Made by a program: the position numbers and the translations under genes
Notes under the pieces: model-generated
The model's database searches: none
What the model was told of the DNA's origin: nothing
The model's input: the letters and a program-made list of their open reading frames with translations, nothing else
Assembly: GCA_964650355.1 (NCBI GenBank)
Contig: CAZYTL010000007.1
Span: 4,455 to 68,454, forward strand
From: an uncultured Gammaproteobacteria bacterium
Lineage (GTDB): Bacteria; Patescibacteriota; Microgenomatia; CAYXHB01; CAZYTL01
Direction: 5' to 3'
Length of the DNA stretch: 64,000 nt
In this document: positions 55,677 to 64,000 of the stretch, one piece after another
Layout of the letters: every line of letters starts with the position of its first letter
Numbering within the stretch: the stretch's first letter is position 1

Positions 55677-56480
55677 TTAAGATTGAGCCAACATCCCGTC
55701 AATTGCCTGCTTCATTTGCGTTAAGGGCAGGGCGCCAGGAATCAGTTGTGTTTTACCGGTTTTGGTATCCAGAAGAATGTTGGTGGGAGTGGCGTTTACC
55801 CCCGCTTTGATCCCGGATTGGTAATCGGCCTCTACCACCGATTTAGTTTTGCCACTGTCAAGACAAGTTTGAAATTGACTTTGATTAATTCCTACCTGGC
55901 CGGCTAATACAGGAAGTTGATCCTCTGACAAACCGTTATTAGATGGCGTAGTCGCAAAGATTTTATCTACGTAAGCCCAAAATTTATCTTCGCCTCCAAG
56001 TTCAGCCACGCATTCGCTAGCCACGGCTTCGTTAGGAGCTTTTGAATGGAGCTGGGCAATGGGAAAATGGCGATAAACCCAGGCCACCTGGCCGTTGTAA
56101 TCATCCAAGATCTGTTGAGCGGTGGGGTGGAATTGCTTACAAAAAGGACACTCTAAGTCAGAGTACTCAATCAACATGATTCGAGCTTGACGATCACCTC
56201 TAACGTGGTCCTGGTCAGTGACAGGATTAACGTCGTCGGCTGTCTGTACAGCGGGGGCTTGGGCATTGCCGGCCTGGACATTAGGTTGAGGGTTGTTACC
56301 GACCGCGGAAGGACTATTGCCAGTGGTGGTGGTTTGGGTTCCCGAAGACAATTCAGCCACTTTCTTTTCTAATGTTTGCATTCGGTTATAAAACATGCCC
56401 ACGATAAATGCGGCTGCGATTAAAAGGAGGATCACAGGAGTGCTGAACATTGGTGATTTCTGAGGGGTTTTATTTTCCAT
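55677..56480 (-). CDS. DsbA family thiol-disulfide oxidoreductase
   Basis: EYSDLECPFCK, YRHFP, GVNATP. Confidence 0.9.
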   Translation of the reverse strand: MENKTPQKSPMFSTPVILLLIAAAFIVGMFYNRMQTLEKKVAELSSGTQTTTTGNSPSAVGNNPQPNVQAGNAQAPAVQTADDVNPVTDQDHVRGDRQARIMLIEYSDLECPFCKQFHPTAQQILDDYNGQVAWVYRHFPIAQLHSKAPNEAVASECVAELGGEDKFWAYVDKIFATTPSNNGLSEDQLPVLAGQVGINQSQFQTCLDSGKTKSVVEADYQSGIKAGVNATPTNILLDTKTGKTQLIPGALPLTQMKQAIDGMLAQS

Positions 56481-56514
56481 AAGTTGAATTTGTGAATAAC
56501 TAGTATTAGTTATT

Positions 56515-56530
56515 TACGACAACTGTAGTA
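56515..56530 (-). promoter_or_regulatory. BlaI/CopY-type operator upstream of the dsbA-like gene
   Basis: TACGACAACTGTAGTA; on the - strand TTGACA-17-TACAGT. Confidence 0.6.
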
Positions 56531-56564
56531 GTTGGTGGAATGCGTGTCAAGAGGCAATCCTTAA

Positions 56565-57545
56565 CTATTGTTTAACCAAAGAGGAATACAACGCAGAGCT
56601 GTAATTAAGGTTGGCAAAGGTGGCCATCTGGCTATCAGTAAGGCAATAAATTGAACATTGCTGAGAGCCACAGTGGTCAGGAGTGATGGTGGCTGCCAGA
56701 ACTTGGCTGCGGCGAGGAAGGAACCAAAGGTTCAAACCCAGCAGGACAACTAAAACAGAAATCAACAGGGCAGGTAAAGGCACGTGGTGGGAGACCGTTG
56801 GTTGCTCTAGAAGTTGTGAAAGTCGTTCTTTGACGTGCTGGGATGCAAATCCGGAATAAGGACCAGCACTTTCTGAAGGGATTACTCTGGCTAAGGCCAG
56901 CTTCAAATATCTATCGCTTTGCTGTTGGTTTAAGGCATATAAATCTGCCTGATGTTCGCAGATGACCCGCAACTTGTTAACCAGAACGCGGATTATGGGA
57001 AGGAAAAATAAACAAGTGGCCAGCAGATCGCTGATAATTAACAGGCGATTATGGCGTTGGCGCAGATGATAGATCTCATGGAGAACTACTGCTTCAAGCT
57101 GTCCAAGGGTGAGCAGATTAATTAGGCCGGTGGAAATTAGAATGCGGGGTTGGAGAATTCCAAAGGTAAAGGCCTCGTGTCCAGGATGGTTAACCACTAA
57201 TAATTGGCGAACAGAGAGGTGGTGTTTGCGAATGAGGGGCCACAATTTAGCAGGCGTAGAGAGCGCTGGGTGATCAAGCAGCCTTTGAGTTCTTTGCCGG
57301 GTTTTGATTAAAGAAAGCCCCAATCTGACTATGCCCATGCCGGTTACTAAACCCATGAAGACAACTATGCCTAATCCCATATAATGAATTCTCCCGGAGA
57401 AAAAATTCTGGCCGATCGATTGGCAGTTGGCTGTCCAATAACCGAAAATTAGGGGCTGGTATTTGCTCATCAATCCACCCAATCCCAAGAACCCTGCCAG
57501 GCCAAGGGCGCTAATAGCGGCAAAATAACGATGTTCAAGATTCAT
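56565..57545 (-). CDS. M56 (BlaR1-like) membrane metallopeptidase lacking a PBP sensor domain
   Basis: G..PRILISTGL, HEIYH, E..AD; C-terminal C-x4-C-x3-C. Confidence 0.8.
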   Translation of the reverse strand: MNLEHRYFAAISALGLAGFLGLGGLMSKYQPLIFGYWTANCQSIGQNFFSGRIHYMGLGIVVFMGLVTGMGIVRLGLSLIKTRQRTQRLLDHPALSTPAKLWPLIRKHHLSVRQLLVVNHPGHEAFTFGILQPRILISTGLINLLTLGQLEAVVLHEIYHLRQRHNRLLIISDLLATCLFFLPIIRVLVNKLRVICEHQADLYALNQQQSDRYLKLALARVIPSESAGPYSGFASQHVKERLSQLLEQPTVSHHVPLPALLISVLVVLLGLNLWFLPRRSQVLAATITPDHCGSQQCSIYCLTDSQMATFANLNYSSALYSSLVKQ

Positions 57546-57562
57546 ACACGGAGAGAGGGAAA

Positions 57563-57970
57563 CTAACGCTTTGATTTTGTTTGACCCTGGTTTGGCTTCT
57601 TCAATTCCTGAATAAAGAATTGCTTTTCTTCGTCTGAGAGTTGATTGAGCTCGTTGGCAAAGGCCACCACTGCTTCCTGGCCGAACTGATTTACTAAAGG
57701 CTGAAACACATGATGCACTAAGGATTTGATAGCTTGTTTGGGTGAGATTTTAGAAGAGTAAACAAAAGCTCTCCCCTGTTTTTTTCTTGTTAATAAGCCT
57801 TTATCCGTCAACCGATTCATAATGGTCATCACCGTGGTATAGGCTACTGACTTTTTGTTTCGGAGACAGTTAAAAATCCGCCGCACGCTGACGGCTTGCT
57901 CATCGTGATGATGCCAGACACAATTGAGAATTTCCTGTTCCAGAGGACCGAGCGAAGTGATTTTTTTCAT
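57563..57970 (-). CDS. BlaI/MecI/CopY family repressor
   Basis: LGPLE.EI...W, AYTTVMTIM.RL..KG.L.R.K.GRAFVY. Confidence 0.9.
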   Translation of the reverse strand: MKKITSLGPLEQEILNCVWHHHDEQAVSVRRIFNCLRNKKSVAYTTVMTIMNRLTDKGLLTRKKQGRAFVYSSKISPKQAIKSLVHHVFQPLVNQFGQEAVVAFANELNQLSDEEKQFFIQELKKPNQGQTKSKR

Positions 57971-57986
57971 TACTATAATTGTAGTA
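57971..57986 (-). promoter_or_regulatory. Autoregulatory operator over a leaderless promoter
   Basis: TACTATAATTGTAGTA abutting the ATG; TTGATA-17-TACAAT. Confidence 0.65.
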
Positions 57987-58025
57987 ATGGATCAGCAAAT
58001 TATCAACTGTTAACCGATCCATAGA

Positions 58026-58193
58026 TCAATAAACATTGATGTGGTTGGTCAGTTCATGTTTTTGTTTATCCTCGTCTGAAACTTCCGCGACAACCCGTCT
58101 GTAGGAAACGACCATACCGAGTTCCAATTGCCATGTTTTGTCAAATTCGATTCGCGGATTAGAATCGACAGGAGTAATGTCTTCGTTACCCAT
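58026..58193 (-). CDS. Possible small protein (55 aa)
   Basis: MGNEDITPVDSNPRIEFDKTWQLELGMVV... fills the intergenic gap; no other support. Confidence 0.25.
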   Translation of the reverse strand: MGNEDITPVDSNPRIEFDKTWQLELGMVVSYRRVVAEVSDEDKQKHELTNHINVY

Positions 58194-58257
58194 ATTGCGG
58201 TTTATTCTACTAAATAGTCATGGGTTAATGTTCCGTGTCCAGCGATTTAACTCAATT

Positions 58258-59901
58258 TCAGAGTTTCAATTTATCTGCAGCCATTTTAAGTTTGATTTTG
58301 ACTTTCTGCTGACGGGAATCAACGACTAAAGATTTTTGATATAAATCTTTGGCAATCTGCCAGTCGCCGTGAGCCATATAAATATCAGCTACTTTATTCA
58401 TGGCTTCCACCCCTTGGGGATTTTTGATCATCGCTCCTACGAGGTAATACATGGATGCAGGTATTTCCTGATGAGAGAAAAATTTCATACCTTCGTCAAG
58501 GAAAAACTGATAGTTGTCTATCTGATTGGTAAAATACTCAGAACTATTCATGACTTGATCGGGTATTCCATGGTTTATGAATATGTATCCGATATTATTG
58601 ATGGATGAAGCGCTCCGGGGGTTAGCTTTTAGGGCCTGCCCGAAATATTTGATGGCCTGATTAAAATTGCTTTTTTGATAATATATCAAACCCAAATCAT
58701 GGTATGGTCTATCACTGTAAGGAGAAGCTTTGACGTTTGCCCGAGCGAGTTTTTCAGGAGTGTCGTAATCTGCGTTGCGAATTATGGTGCGAATAGACAA
58801 AAGTAATGTAATTAGGGGTACGGACACTATGATAAATGTTTTCTTTTTAATTCCCTGGGTCATTTTAATTAATAAAAGTGCAATCAGAGTGCCATAGAAA
58901 ACGGTTCCCAGGTATAAGTATCTTTCGGCCATACTCCAGGTGATTTTAACTGGGCTAAAACAAGGACCCAAAACAACAATTAATAAAATCATCAGACCGG
59001 CAATTTGCGTGTTTTTCTTCCAAAAATATGCAATCGCCAGTCCGTAAAAGACTGAGATGAAAAGCATTAGATGGTAACTCATTGAGGTGATGATGTTGCC
59101 ATCGTAATAATTTTTTAAATCTAAAGGAAAAACGTACAAGCGTAACATCGAAGAGATGGTGAAAGGGTAACTTTGTAGAACGGGACTGAGAGCTTGTTGG
59201 TTAATGTAATATCCATCAGCTCTGCCTGTCATGCGCGTATCAATGCTACCCTCGAGGGAGTATAAGATAAACAAACCAGTGGGTAAGAGGAAATAAATAA
59301 GATAAGTTAGCGACCGCCAATTAAATCTCTTTTCCAAGATAAACTGGTCAATGATGATTAGTGCAAAAGGTAAAGTTAACACCCAGGGAGTGCGCGTCAA
59401 TAACAAGGCCAACGTATAAACCACCAATGACAGAATTAAGTAATTAGTCTTCTTAGTTTGTTTAAAATGAACATAACAGATTAGAGATGAAAGTAAAAAG
59501 ATGGCATTAATCAGGTAAGAGCTACCGCTGATCCAGCTAACAGCTTCGGTGTTGATCGGATGGACAGCGAAAATCAAAGCCGCCACTCGAGCGGGTTGTT
59601 CGCCCCAAATTTTATAGATTAGGGCGAAAGCCAGGATGACCGCGAAGATATGCAGGGTTAAGGAAAAAAGGTGAAAGGGTAGGGGATTGGCCCCGAAGAC
59701 ATTTTTAAAGGCTGAGAAAATGATGGTCTGGAGATGGAGTGACCTTAGATTGTCCGTGTAGTTATCCAGGCGATTACTGGTGACAATCCCAGGGATGTCA
59801 TCTGGATAGACAAACTCTCCAGGTAAGGCATTGGCATAAACGCAAAAAGTCACGATTACCAATAGCAACAAGTATTTCCAGTTTTGTTTGAGGACGACCA
59901 T
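58258..59901 (-). CDS. TMTC-like GT-C protein with C-terminal TPRs
   Basis: DD motif, FAVHPINTEAVSWIS, AERYLY, TPR repeats. Confidence 0.8.
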   Translation of the reverse strand: MVVLKQNWKYLLLLVIVTFCVYANALPGEFVYPDDIPGIVTSNRLDNYTDNLRSLHLQTIIFSAFKNVFGANPLPFHLFSLTLHIFAVILAFALIYKIWGEQPARVAALIFAVHPINTEAVSWISGSSYLINAIFLLSSLICYVHFKQTKKTNYLILSLVVYTLALLLTRTPWVLTLPFALIIIDQFILEKRFNWRSLTYLIYFLLPTGLFILYSLEGSIDTRMTGRADGYYINQQALSPVLQSYPFTISSMLRLYVFPLDLKNYYDGNIITSMSYHLMLFISVFYGLAIAYFWKKNTQIAGLMILLIVVLGPCFSPVKITWSMAERYLYLGTVFYGTLIALLLIKMTQGIKKKTFIIVSVPLITLLLSIRTIIRNADYDTPEKLARANVKASPYSDRPYHDLGLIYYQKSNFNQAIKYFGQALKANPRSASSINNIGYIFINHGIPDQVMNSSEYFTNQIDNYQFFLDEGMKFFSHQEIPASMYYLVGAMIKNPQGVEAMNKVADIYMAHGDWQIAKDLYQKSLVVDSRQQKVKIKLKMAADKLKL

Positions 59902-59951
59902 CCATCTTAATTATACGCACCGTACGGGAACTCTTAATACCAAAATTACGA

Positions 59952-61658
59952 TTATTTCATAGCGGCTTTGATGAACTCCACAAACATGGGGTGAGGATGG
60001 AGAGGGTAAGACCGATACTCAGGATGTCCTTGAGTGGCGATAAAAAAGGGATGCATCTTTCTGGGCAGTTCTATCATTTCTACAAAGAAATTATCTGGTG
60101 ACATGCCGGAAAATATCATTCCGTGGTCTTCCAGCGCTTGCTTATAATCGTTGTTAAATTCATACCTATGTCTATGCCGCTCTTCAATCACTCCTGTTTG
60201 GCCCTTTTTAAACCCATGATGCCGCTGGTAAATCGAGTAGGCTAGAGTGCCCGGCTGCAACACACAATCAAAAGTTCCCAACCGCATGGATACCCCGTCA
60301 CCTTTAATCACCTGATATTTGGAGTCGAAAGGGATGCTGTGAATAATCGGATACTTGGTTTGAGGATCTACTTCTTCGGTGTGCGCTGTTTTCCAACCCA
60401 CCACGCGGCGGGCAAATTCCACACAGGCCAGTTGCATGCCATAACACAAACCCAGATACGGGACTTGGTTTTCGCGCGCATACTTAATGGCTTTGATTTT
60501 GCCTTCTATCCCTCTGGATCCCCAGCCAATAGGCACGATGATCCCTTGGGCTTCTTTTAATAACTCATCCAGGTCGTCTGCCTGTTTCTCAGCATTGATG
60601 CAAAGTAGTTCTAATTCTGCGTCGTTAGCTAAACATCCGTGCTTAATGGCTTCGACTAAAGCATAATAGGCGTCGAGCAACTGAAACGCACCTGAACCAA
60701 AATACTTGCCGACAATGGCAATTTTTACTTGTTTGGTTTTCTTCTGGGCCCGGTGGTTAACGAATTTTTGCCAGGATCTTAAGTTTGTGGGTTTAGGTCT
60801 CCTAATGTTAAAAAATTTCAAGATCCGCTCATCTAACTTTTGGCGATGTAAAAGTAAAGGCACCTGGTGAAAGTCCGGAAGATTCTCGTTGGAAAACACG
60901 GCTTCGGGTTTGATATGAAATTTCATGGCAAATTTGTATCTCCTTTGCTCGTCCACTGGTTGTTCGCTGCGAATGACTATGAAGTTGGGAGTAATCCCCA
61001 TGGACATCAGCTGCTTAATTCCGAATTGGGCGGGTTTGGTTTTGGGCTCTCCCACATGCGGGGGAATGGGCACATAAGTCACGTGCACATTAGCTACCGG
61101 CTCATATAATCCCATGATCCTGGCAGCTTCGTAATATAAACCATTGTTGTTTTCGTATTCCCCTACTGTGCCGCCCAGTTCCATGATCACGAAATCAGCC
61201 TGACTGATTTCCGCCGCGGTGTGAATCCGGTCCATGATTTCATTCACAATGTGGGGAATGGGTTCCACGTCTTCGCCGTCATATTCCATTCTTCTCTCCC
61301 GGCCAATCACCGTGGAATATAACTGACCCATGGTCATGAAGTTGTTATATCCTACTTGCTGTTCTAAGAATCTCTCGTAATTGCCCAAGTCCTGGTCAGC
61401 TTCCAAACCATCAAAACACAAAAAGGGATCACCGTGTTCAATCGGGTTCAAGGTACCGAAATCAACATTGAGGTTATTCTCGCATTTAATCGGACAAATG
61501 GTATAACCGCGGCTCTTAAGTAATAACGCGATTGAAGCTGAAGTGACTCCTTTGCCCAGGGCGCTCATTACTCCACCGGACACGAAGATGTATTTGGCTT
61601 TACTTACTTTGGTTGTTTCAGGAGATGTTACGGTATACTTTTTGACAACTGGCACCAT
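59952..61658 (-). CDS. pyrG: CTP synthase
   Basis: GGV.SALGKG, GGTVG, KTKP, GLCYGMQ, ERHRHRYE, HPE. Confidence 0.93.
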   Translation of the reverse strand: MVPVVKKYTVTSPETTKVSKAKYIFVSGGVMSALGKGVTSASIALLLKSRGYTICPIKCENNLNVDFGTLNPIEHGDPFLCFDGLEADQDLGNYERFLEQQVGYNNFMTMGQLYSTVIGRERRMEYDGEDVEPIPHIVNEIMDRIHTAAEISQADFVIMELGGTVGEYENNNGLYYEAARIMGLYEPVANVHVTYVPIPPHVGEPKTKPAQFGIKQLMSMGITPNFIVIRSEQPVDEQRRYKFAMKFHIKPEAVFSNENLPDFHQVPLLLHRQKLDERILKFFNIRRPKPTNLRSWQKFVNHRAQKKTKQVKIAIVGKYFGSGAFQLLDAYYALVEAIKHGCLANDAELELLCINAEKQADDLDELLKEAQGIIVPIGWGSRGIEGKIKAIKYARENQVPYLGLCYGMQLACVEFARRVVGWKTAHTEEVDPQTKYPIIHSIPFDSKYQVIKGDGVSMRLGTFDCVLQPGTLAYSIYQRHHGFKKGQTGVIEERHRHRYEFNNDYKQALEDHGMIFSGMSPDNFFVEMIELPRKMHPFFIATQGHPEYRSYPLHPHPMFVEFIKAAMK

Positions 61659-61780
61659 TTATTTTTAGCTGATCGTTGTCTATCTGTCAACCACAATCTG
61701 TTTCCCTGTCAAAAGACACGTTAAGGGAGGGTTTGGTTTATAATAGAGTCCAGCATCTGTCTTTTATTGTCATTAATTTT

Positions 61781-62278
61781 ATGGAGGAAGAATATCAAGT
61801 TGCTAAACGAATTATCTCTCAAATCATTTATCTAAACCTGGCTACTATTACACCAGAAGGTCAGCCGTGGAATACGCCGGTGTATTTTGCTTATGACCAA
61901 GAGTTGAATTTTTACTGGATATCGTGGACGAAAAACCAACACTCAATTAATGTCAAACAGAATTCCAGCTCCTTTGTGACGATCTATGATTCTACTGCGC
62001 CTGCAGATACCGGACTGGGAGTATATTTTCAAGGCAAAGCCAGCCAGATTACCAGTGTGAAAGAAATGCTGCACGCTCTTAAGCCTTTGTATTTAAGAAG
62101 AGATAAGAAGATGAGGTCGGTTAAACAGTTTATGCAGAAATTTCCCCGAAGAATTTATAAATTTATTCCCGAGAGAGTCTGGATCAACGGAGAAGGAGAT
62201 ATCAACGGCAATTTTATTGATGTGAGGATGGAACTGGATTTGAAGAAACTGGTTAAGGTAATTAATGAATCAAGCTAA
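61781..62278 (+). CDS. Pyridoxamine 5'-phosphate oxidase-like protein
   Basis: LAT...GQPWNTPVYF, HS.N; ATG at 61781. Confidence 0.75.
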   Translation: MEEEYQVAKRIISQIIYLNLATITPEGQPWNTPVYFAYDQELNFYWISWTKNQHSINVKQNSSSFVTIYDSTAPADTGLGVYFQGKASQITSVKEMLHALKPLYLRRDKKMRSVKQFMQKFPRRIYKFIPERVWINGEGDINGNFIDVRMELDLKKLVKVINESS

Positions 62279-62285
62279 TCAATCT

Positions 62286-64000
62286 CTAATTTTTTTCAGG
62301 ATTTCGGTGTCGTCTTCTTTCTAATTCAGTAAGATATTTTTTCCTTAATCGAAGAGACTTAGGGGTAATCTCCAGTAACTCGTCTGATTCAAGAAAGTCC
62401 AATGATTGTTCCAGGCTTAATTTAACAGCCGGGGTTAACTGGATGGCAATATCAGCTGCAGCAGCCCGCATATTGGTCAGCTTTTTGCCTTTACAGACAT
62501 TGATGCTGATATCGTCATCTTTGGCGTTTTGGCCGACAATCATACCTTCATAAACCTGTTCTCCAGGCTCCACGAAAGTAATTCCCCTGCCTTGGGCATT
62601 TTCCAATCCGTAAGTTAAGGCATCTCCGCTGGTGGCTGAGATAAGGGCTCCTCTCCTAAGCTTGGGCAATGATTTGCCCACAGGTTGGTAACCGACTACT
62701 TGAGAACTGAAGATGGCTGTGCCTTTGGTTCTGGTAAGCAGGAGATTGCGTAAGCCAATGGTTGCCCTGGTGGGCAAGCGAAACACAAATTCGGTTTCGG
62801 AATCGTTGATATCAGCCATTTTTTCCATGATAGCAAATCTTTTACCCAGTTCCTGGCTGATGACACCGGAAAACTCCTTGTCCACGATGATATTGACTTC
62901 TTCTACCGGTTCCAGGGAGACACCGTTTTCCTGTTTGATAATTACTTCTGGTTTGCCCACTTCCATTTCGTAGCCTTCCCGCCTCAAGGTTTCCAGGAGG
63001 ATAGCCAGATGAAGTTCTCCCCTACCTGAGAGTTTAAACTTGCCGTTGGGTAAGAATTCTACTTGCAAACTTAAATTGCTTTCCAGTTCTTTTTCCAGTC
63101 TTTTTTGAATTTGGCGGGTAGTGGTGTATTGGCCTTCCCGACCGGAAAACGGTGAGGTGTTAGGCCCTATGGTCATGTGTAGAGTAGGACCGCCGATTTC
63201 TAATGAAGGTAAGGGCTGAATGTCTGAAGGATCCGCCAAAGTGGAGCCGATTTGGGCTTCATGAATACCGGACATGGCCACGATATCGCCGGCCAGAGCT
63301 TCCTGGATTTCGACTCTTTCCAGCCCACTGGCGGTCATTAATTTTTCTACTGTCCAGTATTTGGTAGGAGCAGAAGTTAAGACCACCTTTTGGCCCTTTT
63401 TGATCACCCCTTGATGAATTCTGCCAATGACGATTCTGCCCAGGTGGGGATTGTAGTCAAGGGAAGAGATGAGCATTTTGAAAGGCTGGTCAGGGTCGGC
63501 TTCAGGTCCGGGAATGAGATTAACGATGGTATCCAGCAAGGGTATCACGTCTGCCGGAGTATTGATGTCATCTGGTAACTGGGGAAAGACGGCGCCTCTT
63601 TTGCCCACGGCATAAAGGATTTCAAATTCAAGCGAAGACGGATCGTCTGCCAGTTCCAGAAAAAGTTCCTCCACTTTGGAGACCACTTCCTGAGGACGGG
63701 CGAATTTTTTGTCGATTTTATTAATCACCACGATGACTTTAAGATGCAACTGCAAAGCCTTTTTTAGGACGAATCTGGTTTGGGGCATGGGGCCTTCCTG
63801 CGCGTCTACTATTAATAAGGCTCCGTCAGCCATACTTAAGGTTCTTTCCACTTCTCCTGAAAAGTCAGCATGGCCAGGAGTATCAATGATGTTGATCTTG
63901 ATGCCTTGGTAGTTAATTGCACAGTTCTTGGCCAGGATAGTGATGCCTTTTTCCCGTTCCAGATCATTACTATCCAGAATCCTTTCCATGGACATTTCTT
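62286..64000 (-). CDS. typA: Translational GTPase TypA/BipA (5' end outside the window)
   Basis: DSNDLEREKGITI, DTPGHADF, NKID, GRGELHL, K.LTNMRA. Confidence 0.95.
   Translation of the reverse strand, partial: EMSMERILDSNDLEREKGITILAKNCAINYQGIKINIIDTPGHADFSGEVERTLSMADGALLIVDAQEGPMPQTRFVLKKALQLHLKVIVVINKIDKKFARPQEVVSKVEELFLELADDPSSLEFEILYAVGKRGAVFPQLPDDINTPADVIPLLDTIVNLIPGPEADPDQPFKMLISSLDYNPHLGRIVIGRIHQGVIKKGQKVVLTSAPTKYWTVEKLMTASGLERVEIQEALAGDIVAMSGIHEAQIGSTLADPSDIQPLPSLEIGGPTLHMTIGPNTSPFSGREGQYTTTRQIQKRLEKELESNLSLQVEFLPNGKFKLSGRGELHLAILLETLRREGYEMEVGKPEVIIKQENGVSLEPVEEVNIIVDKEFSGVISQELGKRFAIMEKMADINDSETEFVFRLPTRATIGLRNLLLTRTKGTAIFSSQVVGYQPVGKSLPKLRRGALISATSGDALTYGLENAQGRGITFVEPGEQVYEGMIVGQNAKDDDISINVCKGKKLTNMRAAAADIAIQLTPAVKLSLEQSLDFLESDELLEITPKSLRLRKKYLTELERRRHRNPEKN

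Noticed and set aside
1-64000. CRISPR array, cas genes, rRNA, transposases and the many short overlapping ORFs in the track
   Set aside because: No repeat-spacer array or such genes were seen; the short antisense or nested ORFs are shadows of well-supported genes.

Overview
The window looks like a chromosome segment of a Patescibacteria (CPR, Microgenomates-like) bacterium. This is an inference from the CPR-type VirB2-like pilins, many GT-C enzymes, divergent pyrG and leaderless genes; the genetic code is standard code 11. (1) Bases 1 to ~14.5 kb are the end of an AT-richer integrative, conjugation-type element. It carries a VirB4-like ATPase, a frameshifted M23 peptidase, a type III R-M operon led by an unannotated excisionase-type HTH gene, a membrane-anchored HerA-like ATPase, xseAB, a PLD nuclease and a ~1.1 kb non-coding interval. 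That interval is packed with + strand RNA structure, including a possible antisense RNA/attenuator pair and a tRNA-like gene. (2) 14.5-39.7 kb is host backbone: a DedA/GT87 x4/GT-C/PAP2 glycosylation cluster beside two pilins, secDF, and a tRNA-Leu/tRNA-Val locus invaded by a GIY-YIG gene behind a duplicated tRNA 5' fragment. (3) 39.8-58 kb is a metal/thiol-redox island (ArsR-YHS, 3x DUF1573, 2x CcdA, DsbA, DoxX, cupredoxin, Cu P1B-ATPase, 2x CsoR-like, BlaI/M56) with readable operators. (4) The right end holds a TMTC-like GT, pyrG and typA. All family calls come from motif recognition by eye; no database searches were run.
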